64,000 nt of DNA from Pseudomonadota bacterium (GTDB lineage: Bacteria; Campylobacterota; Campylobacteria; Campylobacterales; Sulfurimonadaceae), in NCBI GenBank assembly GCA_043797085.1, contig JAZDQA010000013.1, forward strand, positions 32,001-96,000. Reading direction: 5' to 3'. Below, in pieces: positions 20,489 to 30,416 of the stretch. Both the position numbers and the translations under genes were made by a program. The notes beneath the pieces were generated by a model that was given only the letters and a program-made list of their open reading frames with translations, was not told where the DNA came from and did not search any database. Position 1 is the first letter of the stretch. Each line of letters opens with the position of its first letter.

Positions 20489-22335
20489 TTTTTGGTAAGA
20501 TCAACCCGATACAAATACATCGTCCAAAAGGTATTCTTATCTCTAAACTCTTGTATAAAGACCAAATTCTTCAATTGAGACTCTTCAATCTTATGAGCTG
20601 AAATGAGATAACGTCCTCCCATTGCATAGTAGGCTTCCATGTTAAGGTTTAACTTTTTCACCTTCTCCTTGGAACGAAAATAAAGGCTGGATTCCCCTCC
20701 ATCAAAAAGATAACATTTACTTCCCCATCCTAAAAACAGGTCACGATTCCCTTTATCCGTAGCAAGCGTTTTTTCAATAATTTTGTAAAACTGATGCTTA
20801 TATTCGAGAGGATAACTCGTGATGTACCCGTCAATCGTATACAAACCGTTATAGACTGCAATGGATGGCTCAAACCCTATACATCCAACACGGTGGGAAG
20901 CATCAGAGGGGATCGTATGTTTGATCTTGGCAAAAAGATCTTCAGCAAAATAGGCTCTGTAAGTAAAGGGTGAATTGGGTGCTGAAAATTCCCTAGAATT
21001 CAAGCTCATATAAAGCTGTATTAGAATAACTCCCGCAAAAATCAATGGTGAAAATCGAATTTTTCGGGCAATAATCACCATCCCAAGAGCAGTAATAAGC
21101 ATCCAAATCACAGGCTGCAGTAAAGCAATGCGCGCGAAGTTAAATTCTCTTAAAATTGAAAAGGAGTGCGATAGCTCTCTTGTTCCTTCGTAAAACCACA
21201 ACGCATACCAATAAGCAAAAAATATTTGGAGTAAAATGGCTCCAAAAAAAAGCCTATACTGTTTTTTTAGTATCATTATTACAATCGTTATAATCGTTAG
21301 AAAAGGGATTGCATATTTGTTTCCAGTGATATATTGTACATAATCTGAAAAAGATACCCACACGAAAAATAGGCTAATAATAACTAAAGAGATAGACCAA
21401 GATAGACGTTTCTTTAAAAAAGTAGTACAGATAACTAAAAGCATAAAAGGAATAAGGATAACAGAAGCTCGCGTATCCATATCTATCGTCCCATTCAGAA
21501 AAACTTGATGTGCTGATCGGTACATTTCAAATAATGAACTATCCTGAAACATACTAAATTCTTTTCGATGGGAAACAAAGAGATGCTCAACAAAGGTATC
21601 ATAAAATAACCGATATTCGACAACGATAAATGCCAAAGACATAACGGTAAGAGATAATAAAAAATACCAATTAATTTGACGTTTTTTCAAAATATCCATA
21701 AGTAATAGAGCACTCATCACTAAAAGAAAAAAGAAATAAACGAGTATTAAACTGCTGTAAAATGGTATCAAAGCGATAATAAGCCAATCATACCATCTCC
21801 ATCCACCGCTGCGAATATTTAAAAAAGCGTACAGCGCCAAGGGAATAGAGGGGACACTCAACCCTGCCCCCGTATAAAATGGCAATAGGGCAAACATCAA
21901 AGAAGCACTGTGAATAATCAACAATCGGTATCGATGACGAGAAGGGACAAAATAACGACTTAGCAACACAAACATACTGAAAAAAGCCCCAAAGTGTATC
22001 AATGTTTCATTGATTGTAAAAGCGACGAAAGGGGTAAAGAAGTAAAATAACCAAACATATACATTGAATTCTGTTCCATAAACAAGTCTCGGCAGTCCCC
22101 CCATCATATTGGGAATAATCGTATCTGATGGTGCAAAGATGAATCCATTTGATGTCAATATTTTTAAACCAGGAAATACAATATCAAGATTGTCAAAAAT
22201 CTGAACCTGTGCCCCCTGTCCGTAAAAGTAGAGGGGAAAGAGATAAAGCTCAACCGCCAATATGGAAACTAAAAAAAGAAACCGTTGGTTGTTAAGTAAA
22301 TTTTTGTAGATATAGTCACTAACTCTCTTAATCAA
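20485..22335 (-). CDS. Polytopic membrane protein, DUF6044/YkoS-like putative GT-C glycosyltransferase (paralog 1)
   Basis: FDNLD, PNMMGGLPRLVYGTEFN, YNGLYTIDGY...YPLEYK, WGSKCY; probable TTG start at 22335 after a GAGG SD. Confidence 0.75.
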   Translation of the reverse strand: MIKRVSDYIYKNLLNNQRFLFLVSILAVELYLFPLYFYGQGAQVQIFDNLDIVFPGLKILTSNGFIFAPSDTIIPNMMGGLPRLVYGTEFNVYVWLFYFFTPFVAFTINETLIHFGAFFSMFVLLSRYFVPSRHRYRLLIIHSASLMFALLPFYTGAGLSVPSIPLALYAFLNIRSGGWRWYDWLIIALIPFYSSLILVYFFFLLVMSALLLMDILKKRQINWYFLLSLTVMSLAFIVVEYRLFYDTFVEHLFVSHRKEFSMFQDSSLFEMYRSAHQVFLNGTIDMDTRASVILIPFMLLVICTTFLKKRLSWSISLVIISLFFVWVSFSDYVQYITGNKYAIPFLTIITIVIMILKKQYRLFFGAILLQIFFAYWYALWFYEGTRELSHSFSILREFNFARIALLQPVIWMLITALGMVIIARKIRFSPLIFAGVILIQLYMSLNSREFSAPNSPFTYRAYFAEDLFAKIKHTIPSDASHRVGCIGFEPSIAVYNGLYTIDGYITSYPLEYKHQFYKIIEKTLATDKGNRDLFLGWGSKCYLFDGGESSLYFRSKEKVKKLNLNMEAYYAMGGRYLISAHKIEESQLKNLVFIQEFRDKNTFWTMYLYRVDLTKK

Positions 22336-23263
22336 AATTGATCCTCTCTTTTTCAAAAACTAATGGTCGGTTGAGCACCTGCGTATAAATCATCCCGATG
22401 TATTCCCCCAATATTCCGATAAAAAATAAGAGAACAGAAAACGCGAAAGTTGCCCCAATCAACAACGGAGCCACTCCCAATGACATTGAATCCCAATAGA
22501 TAAGCTTCATTATCAAATATCCACATCCTGTTATAATACTCAACACGGCAATAATTGCGCCCAAAAAAATGGCTAAACGAAGAGGAATCTTAGAATAATT
22601 CAAAATACCTAATACGCCAACATCGTACAGGGTATAAAAGTTGTTTTTTGTCACTCCCCTCAATCGTATCAGCTGATCGTACTGAATCGTATCAACCGAG
22701 TACCCCACTTCACTGATCATCCCTCGCAAAAAAGGGTAGGGATCATCAATCGATTTGAGTGCATTAACCACTTTGCGATCATATAACCCAAATCCAGTAA
22801 AGTTTTTATAGATTTTTACTTCGGATAGTTTTTGTAAAAGTGCATAGTACAACTCACGAATTTTATACATCACCTTGTGTTCTTGAGAACTTTTACGTAT
22901 TGCTAAAACCATGTCCGCCCCCGCTTCCCATTTATGAATAAGCTCAGAGATGAGTTCCGGCGGATCTTGCAAATCTGAAACCATAGAGATAACGGCATCA
23001 CCTGTGGCTTGAAAAAGTCCATAAGCAGGGGATTTTATATGACCGAAATTTCTGGAGTTCACAATGATTTTTATCCGCTTATCTTCTAGAGCAAGCTCTT
23101 TTAAAATAGCTACTGTATTGTCTGTCGAGGCATTGTCTATCAATAAATGCTCATATTCATAATGTGAAAACTGCCCATCCATCACTGCACGAATCCGTTC
23201 AATCAACTCGCGTACATTCCCTTCTTCGTTAAAGCACGGCGTCATAATGCTAATTTTTTTCAT
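22328..23263 (-). CDS. GT2 polyprenyl-phosphate glycosyltransferase (GtrB/ArnC-like)
   Basis: PCFNEE, DNASTD, SRNFGH, DLQDPP, two C-terminal TM helices, GILGEYIG..Y.QV..RP. Confidence 0.93.
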   Translation of the reverse strand: MKKISIMTPCFNEEGNVRELIERIRAVMDGQFSHYEYEHLLIDNASTDNTVAILKELALEDKRIKIIVNSRNFGHIKSPAYGLFQATGDAVISMVSDLQDPPELISELIHKWEAGADMVLAIRKSSQEHKVMYKIRELYYALLQKLSEVKIYKNFTGFGLYDRKVVNALKSIDDPYPFLRGMISEVGYSVDTIQYDQLIRLRGVTKNNFYTLYDVGVLGILNYSKIPLRLAIFLGAIIAVLSIITGCGYLIMKLIYWDSMSLGVAPLLIGATFAFSVLLFFIGILGEYIGMIYTQVLNRPLVFEKERINFD

Positions 23264-23265
23264 CT

Positions 23266-23646
23266 TTACCCTTTAAATACAAATCGTTTATTGAGTACAA
23301 AGGACACCAATGCCATTGGGATAATCAAGAGTGCCCCTGCAACATAAATATCGATTGAGATTTTTTCCAAAAGATACAATCCAATAATATTCAGCAGATA
23401 GATAATTCCATACACACCAAAAAATTTCCAAATCAAAGTGTTGTCATATGACCTAAAAACCAGCTTACCTGTCGTTTTGAAATTAAATAATACACCGATT
23501 ATTGTTCCAATAAAAACTGCCACGGTATAGTGTAGCCCTGTATAAATCAACACTGCAAACAGTGAATACCCAAAAAGTGTATTCAGTCCACCTACCAGTA
23601 AAAATTTAAAAATCTGTTTTTGCCACAATTTTTTTATTGTTTCCAT
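23266..23646 (-). CDS. GtrA family lipid-linked sugar flippase
   Basis: 126 aa, four TM helices, KFLLVGGLNT...FVLNKRFVF. Confidence 0.92.
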   Translation of the reverse strand: METIKKLWQKQIFKFLLVGGLNTLFGYSLFAVLIYTGLHYTVAVFIGTIIGVLFNFKTTGKLVFRSYDNTLIWKFFGVYGIIYLLNIIGLYLLEKISIDIYVAGALLIIPMALVSFVLNKRFVFKG

Positions 23647-24554
23647 ATTGTATCAATTGCGTGCAAATAAGGGTCGTTTTTAATCATTTCAACATCCAAA
23701 ATAGATAACTGTGATTGAAAATAGTGCCTCATTTTCCGTATTGCCTCAGCATGAGAGGTAAACTCAAAAGCTCCCATTTCGTTTACAATTTTTTGATTAT
23801 TAGCAGTATATTCATTATTCAATCCATCGTTAATGACTATAATCTCAGATTGGTAATCGCTGATACTATTGATATGGTGTGCCAACGTTATCAAATCTAT
23901 TTTTGTACCTTTTGATGTATTATAAATTTTTTCTTTCATCTCGTGATGTATGACATAGTTAATCATGTGCAACAAATCATTGATATAAATATAATCAAAA
24001 TAGACATTTTTATTAATCGTGATGGGTAAATGCAAGAGATTCTTCACAATGGCATTGGAAATAAATTTAAATCGATAATTCTCATACTTACCGTACGCTC
24101 CAAAAATCCTTAGCTGTACCATACGGTCTGATTTTTCTATAATATGAGACGTAATCGATTTGTAAAAACCATATTCATCTAATGGAAAAGAATTGAGATA
24201 GTCTTCTTCTCTAGCATCAACAATCGGCTTATGTTTTCCGTATTCTGCCCCGCTTCCAAAACTAATAATTTTTTGAACGTTTTTTTCGTACTTGGTAATA
24301 TTAAAAAAAACTCGTAAATTATATTCAGTACTATTTTTCATATCCATCGTATCGCGACCACCACCACGGTTGGCTGTATGGATAATAATATCAACCGTAT
24401 GATGCAACATATACTCATCCACAGCGCATTCATCAACCAAATCAAGCTCATTGTGTGAAGGAGTAAGCAAGATATACTGCGGGTATTCTTTTTGCAAATA
24501 TTCTTTTAAATGGGAGCCAATAAAACCATTAGCACCGGTAATAAAAATAGTCAT
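23634..24554 (-). CDS. NAD-dependent epimerase/reductase (extended SDR)
   Basis: TGANGFIG, GSGAEYG, YGFYK (YxxxK). Confidence 0.9.
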   Translation of the reverse strand: MTIFITGANGFIGSHLKEYLQKEYPQYILLTPSHNELDLVDECAVDEYMLHHTVDIIIHTANRGGGRDTMDMKNSTEYNLRVFFNITKYEKNVQKIISFGSGAEYGKHKPIVDAREEDYLNSFPLDEYGFYKSITSHIIEKSDRMVQLRIFGAYGKYENYRFKFISNAIVKNLLHLPITINKNVYFDYIYINDLLHMINYVIHHEMKEKIYNTSKGTKIDLITLAHHINSISDYQSEIIVINDGLNNEYTANNQKIVNEMGAFEFTSHAEAIRKMRHYFQSQLSILDVEMIKNDPYLHAIDTIWKQ

Positions 24555-25405
24555 TATTTTTTACGACACACAATTGCTTGTATCTGTTTCCCATTTCCAA
24601 CTTCTGTTTGAAATTTATCCACAATTACCAAATCATGTATGACTGCTAGACGTTCAAGAGCCATCGGTGAAAAAAAGTTGATATGTTCGTGCCACAGTCT
24701 CTTTTTAGTATAGAACTTCTCCATAGGATTAACCATCAATGTTTCTAACGGTATTTCTAGGTATATGAGAGTTCGCTTACCACTAAGGTCAACGAGCTGT
24801 TGTATAATCTGATGAGGGTCGCTCACATGTTCTAGTACTTGCATGCACGTCACCAAAGAGTATTCACATTGGTATTTTTTTATTTCATCAATAGTTACTG
24901 CAACAGCATTATGCAACGTTGTTTTACCTGAAATGTCAAAAATATGTACTGTATCTGCAGTATCAATAAAAGGGGTATTTGCCCCATCATCTCCCCCGAA
25001 ATCAAGAATACGCATGTCGCCCGACAGATGTGGTTGTAAAAACAGCTCTACTTGTCGCACATAATCCCAACGTTTTCCCTCGAGCACTTGATTGACTATC
25101 TCATAGCCACTTTCATACGACGATCGTAATTCGGTATAGTTCTCATCTCGATATCCACTATAAAGACGTCCCATCTCATCATCATCAAAGCGCATGTCCA
25201 AAAAAAGCATTTGACACTCACTGCAACAAAGCGTATTACACAATGCATAAGCATGACCAATTGGTATATCCCGAAAACCAAATGATTCATCAATATCCAT
25301 AGGCTTCCAGTCAAAGATACGATCTGCCAAAAAAGGGGCTAAAACAGCTGAAACTTTTACTAGGTTATGTGAGCCACATACAACACATTGACGAGCAACA
25401 GTCAT
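24554..25405 (-). CDS. Class I SAM-dependent methyltransferase with N-terminal Cys motifs
   Basis: CVVCG, CSEC, ILDFGGDDG, QVLEHVSDP, HEHINFF. Confidence 0.85.
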   Translation of the reverse strand: MTVARQCVVCGSHNLVKVSAVLAPFLADRIFDWKPMDIDESFGFRDIPIGHAYALCNTLCCSECQMLFLDMRFDDDEMGRLYSGYRDENYTELRSSYESGYEIVNQVLEGKRWDYVRQVELFLQPHLSGDMRILDFGGDDGANTPFIDTADTVHIFDISGKTTLHNAVAVTIDEIKKYQCEYSLVTCMQVLEHVSDPHQIIQQLVDLSGKRTLIYLEIPLETLMVNPMEKFYTKKRLWHEHINFFSPMALERLAVIHDLVIVDKFQTEVGNGKQIQAIVCRKK

Positions 25406-25408
25406 AAA

Positions 25409-26239
25409 TTAGTCTTCCAATACGGCAGTAGTAAACTCGTTGTATTTAATCAACTGCTGCACCAACGCTGTTTTAAGTTGAGTTAGCTCATACCCACCAT
25501 TAATACCAAACTTTTTAAGTACGTATTCCAGTGGAATATTACCGTCGTGCCATTTTCCCCCTAGTCCCAATAACGTTGCGTCAGTATACCGACACCCTTT
25601 AGCAAGTGCTACATCCAGTAGCATCTCACCTGTCCCATTTTTATCATGCAAGTGCATCCCAGCTTCAATTCCCTCAGCTCGAACGGCATCCATCGTGTTA
25701 CTGACATACTCTGGGGTGAACACACTCTCTGTATCCGCAAAATAAATTACATCAACGCCATGCGCCTTACTAAAACGGGCAAATTCGATATTTTTCTCAA
25801 TTGAATTGTATCCTGCACTGGTAAAATTAATAAACAGCTCATATCCTAGCTTTTGAACCTCTTCCACATGCCGTGCGAGTACATCTAAATCAGTTTCATG
25901 GGAACGGGTAATAAAACGGACCGCATCAATCACACTGTCACTTCGAGGTAATAAGGTTGATAGCGGTCGCTGTAAATCTTGCATTGCTGAGAGCTTTGTC
26001 CAGTTTTTAATCGGTGCAAACATTTTAATCAAATCATCATTTTGCTCACTACAATACCGAAATATTCCACGTTCAGGATCGGCTAACTGTGAGTGAAAAA
26101 AACCAAGCTCTAAATAATCAATACCTTTTCCATGAGCAAATTTATACATATCAACTGCAAATTTTTTATCAAAATGCCATCCTGTTTGATAACCTGCTTC
26201 TCGTAACGTGCAGTCAAAAAGTGTTACTTTATTTTGCAT
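25409..26239 (-). CDS. HMGL-like (DRE-TIM) aldolase, 4-hydroxy-2-oxovalerate aldolase-like
   Basis: DCTLREAGY, YLELGF, YFADT, GMHLHD, DATLLGLG. Confidence 0.8.
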   Translation of the reverse strand: MQNKVTLFDCTLREAGYQTGWHFDKKFAVDMYKFAHGKGIDYLELGFFHSQLADPERGIFRYCSEQNDDLIKMFAPIKNWTKLSAMQDLQRPLSTLLPRSDSVIDAVRFITRSHETDLDVLARHVEEVQKLGYELFINFTSAGYNSIEKNIEFARFSKAHGVDVIYFADTESVFTPEYVSNTMDAVRAEGIEAGMHLHDKNGTGEMLLDVALAKGCRYTDATLLGLGGKWHDGNIPLEYVLKKFGINGGYELTQLKTALVQQLIKYNEFTTAVLED

Positions 26240-26257
26240 AATATTCTCCTTTCATCT

Positions 26258-27289
26258 TTAGTTAAAACAATATAAAACCAAGTCAAAACCATAACGTCCA
26301 TGTTGACGTATGTATAATTTTGAATAGTATTGGGACAAATAAAGTGGTAATGTTATTATATCATCCGGCTTATGATAGAGTGAAATAGCAAGTGCGGGTT
26401 TATGTGTTTCAATGAGTCGTGTAGCACCTAAAAGGGCTTCTTGTTCAAACCCTTCTATATCCATTTTAATCCAATCTACCTCACCTACTATTACACTGTC
26501 CAAAGAGACTATTTTGATAAGCTCAGTTCCATTATCATCAAAATGGCTCGCCATCCCCTCACCCGAAGCAAATCTCAAATTCAGTTCCCGATCACCTACG
26601 CCTAATGGCATAATAATTGAGTTGATTTTTCTTTGACGAAGAGTATTGCTCAATATTTCTCTGTTACTAACATCTGGTTCAAATGCTATGTACTCACCAA
26701 GATCAATCGATTTATCTAACGCACTGTTAAGTAAATCTCCAAAACAAGCACCGCAATCAACAACTCGTAAAGATTTTTCAAGCGAATGAAGATGTTGGAC
26801 AAAAAAATCGGGAACATATTGGTCTTCTTGGCTCAAACAGCGATGCAAAAGAGTAATATCACCATCCGTTCTAAAGTCAATATGTGCTTGAAAAATATTT
26901 GTTGACAAATCATCAAACAATAGATTTGAAACCTGCACTATCTCTTCGCGTTTCTTATCAAAATTTCCAATATAAAAATAGTCAAACTCCAAATTAAATT
27001 GGTTAATTACTTGTTGAATATTAACTACTTCTTTGAACCCTAATGAAAGAATAAGCTTTGTTAGTTCATTCAATTCATTCTCTCTTAATTCTTGTTTAAA
27101 AGTACTTACAATAACAGTAGTTTCACTTCTAAAAGAATCTTCGATTTGTAAAGGAGTAATTATTTCTATCTCATCAAAAATTGTACCGTTTTTATGATTA
27201 TCCAGCAAAAAATCAACTTTAATGTTTTGTTTTTTGAGTTGAAAATAGAGTTTTTGTCCTAGTGCGCCTATCCCTAATAGTGCTACCAC
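26258..27289 (-). CDS. FkbM family methyltransferase
   Basis: VDCGACFGD, AFEPD, IKMDIEGFE, P.LAISLYH. Confidence 0.9.
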   Translation of the reverse strand: MVALLGIGALGQKLYFQLKKQNIKVDFLLDNHKNGTIFDEIEIITPLQIEDSFRSETTVIVSTFKQELRENELNELTKLILSLGFKEVVNIQQVINQFNLEFDYFYIGNFDKKREEIVQVSNLLFDDLSTNIFQAHIDFRTDGDITLLHRCLSQEDQYVPDFFVQHLHSLEKSLRVVDCGACFGDLLNSALDKSIDLGEYIAFEPDVSNREILSNTLRQRKINSIIMPLGVGDRELNLRFASGEGMASHFDDNGTELIKIVSLDSVIVGEVDWIKMDIEGFEQEALLGATRLIETHKPALAISLYHKPDDIITLPLYLSQYYSKLYIRQHGRYGFDLVLYCFN

Positions 27290-29089
27290 TTATTCCCCCA
27301 TCGGCTTAATAATCATATTACGCTTAAATACATCCCGCTCTAAAAAAGGATACATATCTTCCAGTGGTGCAGACATCATCGTTCCATCAGCTTTGATTTT
27401 AGAGGAGAGTTTTGGTTCCATTTTCTCTGTCGAATCAATCATAACCTCACAGATAAACTGCTCATTTTCATTATAGATTTTACTTATTGTATCCAATAAG
27501 TTATCTTGGTTTTCAATTTTGAACGTTTTAAATCCATACGCCATAGAGATTTTTCCAATATCAGGAAAGCTTACCCCGCTACCTATATCTGAACCCACTC
27601 TAAATCCATTAAAAAAATTATTTTGAGTATTACGTATTGACGAATAGCCATTATTATTCAGAACAAATAACTTGATTGGAAGATTATAATGGATGATTGT
27701 CTGAAGCTCTTGAAGATTCATCTGTAAACTTCCTTCCCCCGTTACACACACAATACTTTGACGATTATTTGCCAAACACGCACCAATAGCAGCGGGTAAA
27801 TCATACCCCATGGCTGCACATCCAGAATTTTCTATAATGCGCTGATTACCTTTGGTTACCAAGCTTTGATAAGATGATACACTAGCAGTAGCATTGGCAA
27901 AAACAAAAACCTCATTATTTTTAACAATATCTGAAAGAGTATGAAAGAAAAAATACGAATCCACAAAATCTTTTACATCTCGTCGCTCTGGTATAATCGT
28001 TGGAAAATCCTCTCGATATACTCGACATCGCTGCACCCAAGGCTCATACGATGGTAATGGATTTTGCTCAGTTGCTTTTTTCAAATCACTAATAAATATT
28101 TTAGCATCTGCATTGATTTTTACATCAATGGATAATGTATGTTTCTCAAGTTCAGCGGGGTCAATATCAACAACAATTTTTTGTGCTTCACGCCCAAAAT
28201 ATTCCCAATTGTAACTGATAGCGCGAATATTTAACCGTGCTCCGATAGCAATAATTAAATCACTGTTTTGGACAATAAAATTGGTTGAACGATGTCCTAT
28301 CGTACCAAATCGTCCAAAGCCAAAAGGATGATCGTCATTAACCATGTCATAACGTGCGAACGAAGATACGACAGGAATTTGTAATTTTTCTATCAGTTCC
28401 AAAAACTGCTCTCTCGCATTGGCCAATACAATCCCGTTTCCAGCAATGATAACAGGACGCTTAGCCGTATGCAACATAGCTACTACATCAGTAATTTTAG
28501 TATCATACACAGATTTTGGTGGAGAAATAAAACCAACCAAATCAGATTCCTCGATCATAGCGCTTTGAATATCGAGCGGAATATCGAGCCAAACAGGTCC
28601 TGGACGACCATGCTTTGCTTCATAAAGCGCTTTTTCCAGATGGAATCGAACGCTATTTTTATCCGTAATCATTACAGCGTACTTAGTAATAGGCTTTACC
28701 ATAGCAATAATATTACCCTCTTGATCACCCAGCTGTCGTAAATTTAACTCTAGTTGGGATGCTATGGTGGTTTGAAACTTCACTTGCCCCGAAATGGTAA
28801 GCGTTGGTATCGAATCAACCCATGCACTGTACACTCCGGTGATTGCATTCGTCCCTCCTGGGCCTGTTGTCACGTACGCAATACCAATCTTATTGGAAAG
28901 CCTTGCATATCCTTCAGTAGCGAAAGTACAGGCCTGCTCATGGTGATTACACACATACTCTAAACCATCGTGTTTTCCTAAAGCATCAATGAGATGCATA
29001 TTACCGCCACCTGAAACCATAAATACCGTTTTAGCCGTATCATTGTGTTGCGCCAAAGTATTGGCAATATAGTCTGCTACTCGAATCAT
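27290..29089 (-). CDS. ThDP-dependent enzyme of the acetolactate synthase-like family (YerE-like sugar-branching enzyme by context)
   Basis: HHEQA, TTGPGGTN, RPGPVWLDIPLD, GEGSLQMN...LNNNGY ThDP motif; directly follows rfbH. Confidence 0.85.
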   Translation of the reverse strand: MIRVADYIANTLAQHNDTAKTVFMVSGGGNMHLIDALGKHDGLEYVCNHHEQACTFATEGYARLSNKIGIAYVTTGPGGTNAITGVYSAWVDSIPTLTISGQVKFQTTIASQLELNLRQLGDQEGNIIAMVKPITKYAVMITDKNSVRFHLEKALYEAKHGRPGPVWLDIPLDIQSAMIEESDLVGFISPPKSVYDTKITDVVAMLHTAKRPVIIAGNGIVLANAREQFLELIEKLQIPVVSSFARYDMVNDDHPFGFGRFGTIGHRSTNFIVQNSDLIIAIGARLNIRAISYNWEYFGREAQKIVVDIDPAELEKHTLSIDVKINADAKIFISDLKKATEQNPLPSYEPWVQRCRVYREDFPTIIPERRDVKDFVDSYFFFHTLSDIVKNNEVFVFANATASVSSYQSLVTKGNQRIIENSGCAAMGYDLPAAIGACLANNRQSIVCVTGEGSLQMNLQELQTIIHYNLPIKLFVLNNNGYSSIRNTQNNFFNGFRVGSDIGSGVSFPDIGKISMAYGFKTFKIENQDNLLDTISKIYNENEQFICEVMIDSTEKMEPKLSSKIKADGTMMSAPLEDMYPFLERDVFKRNMIIKPMGE

Positions 29090-30414
29090 TTTTGAATAAA
29101 CCCTCTAATTTTTTCTATCATATACGCTATTGCATCATCGCCCATTCCCGGATAAAGTCCAATCCAAAAACTGTCATTCATAATCTTATCCGTATTTGCC
29201 AGTTCCCCGATAACACGGTAATCAGACTCACTCACCATACTGTCAAACATTGGATGGCGGAGCATATTTCCTGCGAACAGATTACGTGTTTGGATATTGG
29301 CATTTTCGAGATGTTCTACGAGTTCATTACGGGTGAATCTTACAGTATCTTTCAATGTAATCATAAACCCAAACCAGCTTGGATCACTGTTGGGTGTTGC
29401 AGTATTTAGAATCAGCTCATCCATCCCACTTAACCCATCGTAAAGTTTAGTAAAATTTTCTTTACGCTTTTCAACAAAAGTCGGAAATTTTTCAAGTTGT
29501 GCTACACCGATTGCCGCTTGCATATCGGAGACTTTGAGATTGAATCCGAAGTGACTGTAGACGTACTTGTGATCATACCCCTTTGGCAAAGTTCCAAAAC
29601 TTTGAGAGAATCGGCATCCGCAAGTGTTATCAATACCGCTTTCACACCAGCAGTCGCGTCCCCAGTCACGCATAGAGAGCATAATCTTTTTTAGGAGAGG
29701 ATTGTCCGTATAGGTCGCTCCCCCTTCTCCCATGGTCATATGGTGAGGAGGGTAAAAACTAGATGTTCCGATATCTCCCCATGTCCCTGTCGGTTTCCCC
29801 TCGTAGGTAGATCCTAACGCATCGCAGTTGTCCTCGATAAGCCAGAGGTTATGTTTGTCGCAAAACTCTTTGACCGCACGGAGGTTAAAAGGGTTACCCA
29901 GCGTATGGGCGATCATGACCACCTTGGTTTTTGGGCTAAGGGCCTTTTCGAGTTGTGTTACATCGATGTTAAAATGGGTCAGTTCCATATCAACAAAAAC
30001 CGGAACGGCGCCGTATTGCACGATCGGGGCAACTGTGGTCGGGAAACCTGCCGCAACGGTGATTACTTCATCTCCACGCTTGACTTGACGATCACCGTGC
30101 AATGGGGACGTAAGGGTATAAAATGCAAGGAGATTTGCAGAACTGCCACTATTAACGAGAAATGTCCATCGTACTCCAAGATAGTCGGCGAGTTTCTTTT
30201 CAAATGTTTTAGAATAGCTTCCGTAGGTGAGCCAAAAATCCAGAGAGCTGTCGACGAGGTTAATCATCTCTTTTTCATCAAATACGCGTCCTGCATAGTT
30301 GACACGGCTTTTACCCGCTACAAATACTGCTTCTTGCATCGGTTTATGTACGAGTTCATAATACTCTTTGGTCTTTTGCAGAATCTCATTTTTTAGTTGC
30401 TGGGCTGGTGTCAT
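29086..30414 (-). CDS. rfbH: CDP-4-keto-6-deoxy-D-glucose 3-dehydratase (RfbH/DdhC)
   Basis: NSGSSANL, EDNCDALG, SFYPPHHMTMGEGG (His in place of the PLP Lys), GRDCWC..G.DNTC Fe-S motif. Confidence 0.95.
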   Translation of the reverse strand: MTPAQQLKNEILQKTKEYYELVHKPMQEAVFVAGKSRVNYAGRVFDEKEMINLVDSSLDFWLTYGSYSKTFEKKLADYLGVRWTFLVNSGSSANLLAFYTLTSPLHGDRQVKRGDEVITVAAGFPTTVAPIVQYGAVPVFVDMELTHFNIDVTQLEKALSPKTKVVMIAHTLGNPFNLRAVKEFCDKHNLWLIEDNCDALGSTYEGKPTGTWGDIGTSSFYPPHHMTMGEGGATYTDNPLLKKIMLSMRDWGRDCWCESGIDNTCGCRFSQSFGTLPKGYDHKYVYSHFGFNLKVSDMQAAIGVAQLEKFPTFVEKRKENFTKLYDGLSGMDELILNTATPNSDPSWFGFMITLKDTVRFTRNELVEHLENANIQTRNLFAGNMLRHPMFDSMVSESDYRVIGELANTDKIMNDSFWIGLYPGMGDDAIAYMIEKIRGFIQK

Positions 30415-30416
30415 CT

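Noticed and set aside
27290..29089. ThDP enzyme as anabolic acetolactate synthase IlvB
   Set aside because: No small subunit or ilv genes nearby; translationally coupled to rfbH in a sugar cluster
29851..30396. 181-aa plus-strand ORF and similar short ORFs opposite or within real genes throughout the window
   Set aside because: Antisense or alternate-frame shadows of well-supported CDSs
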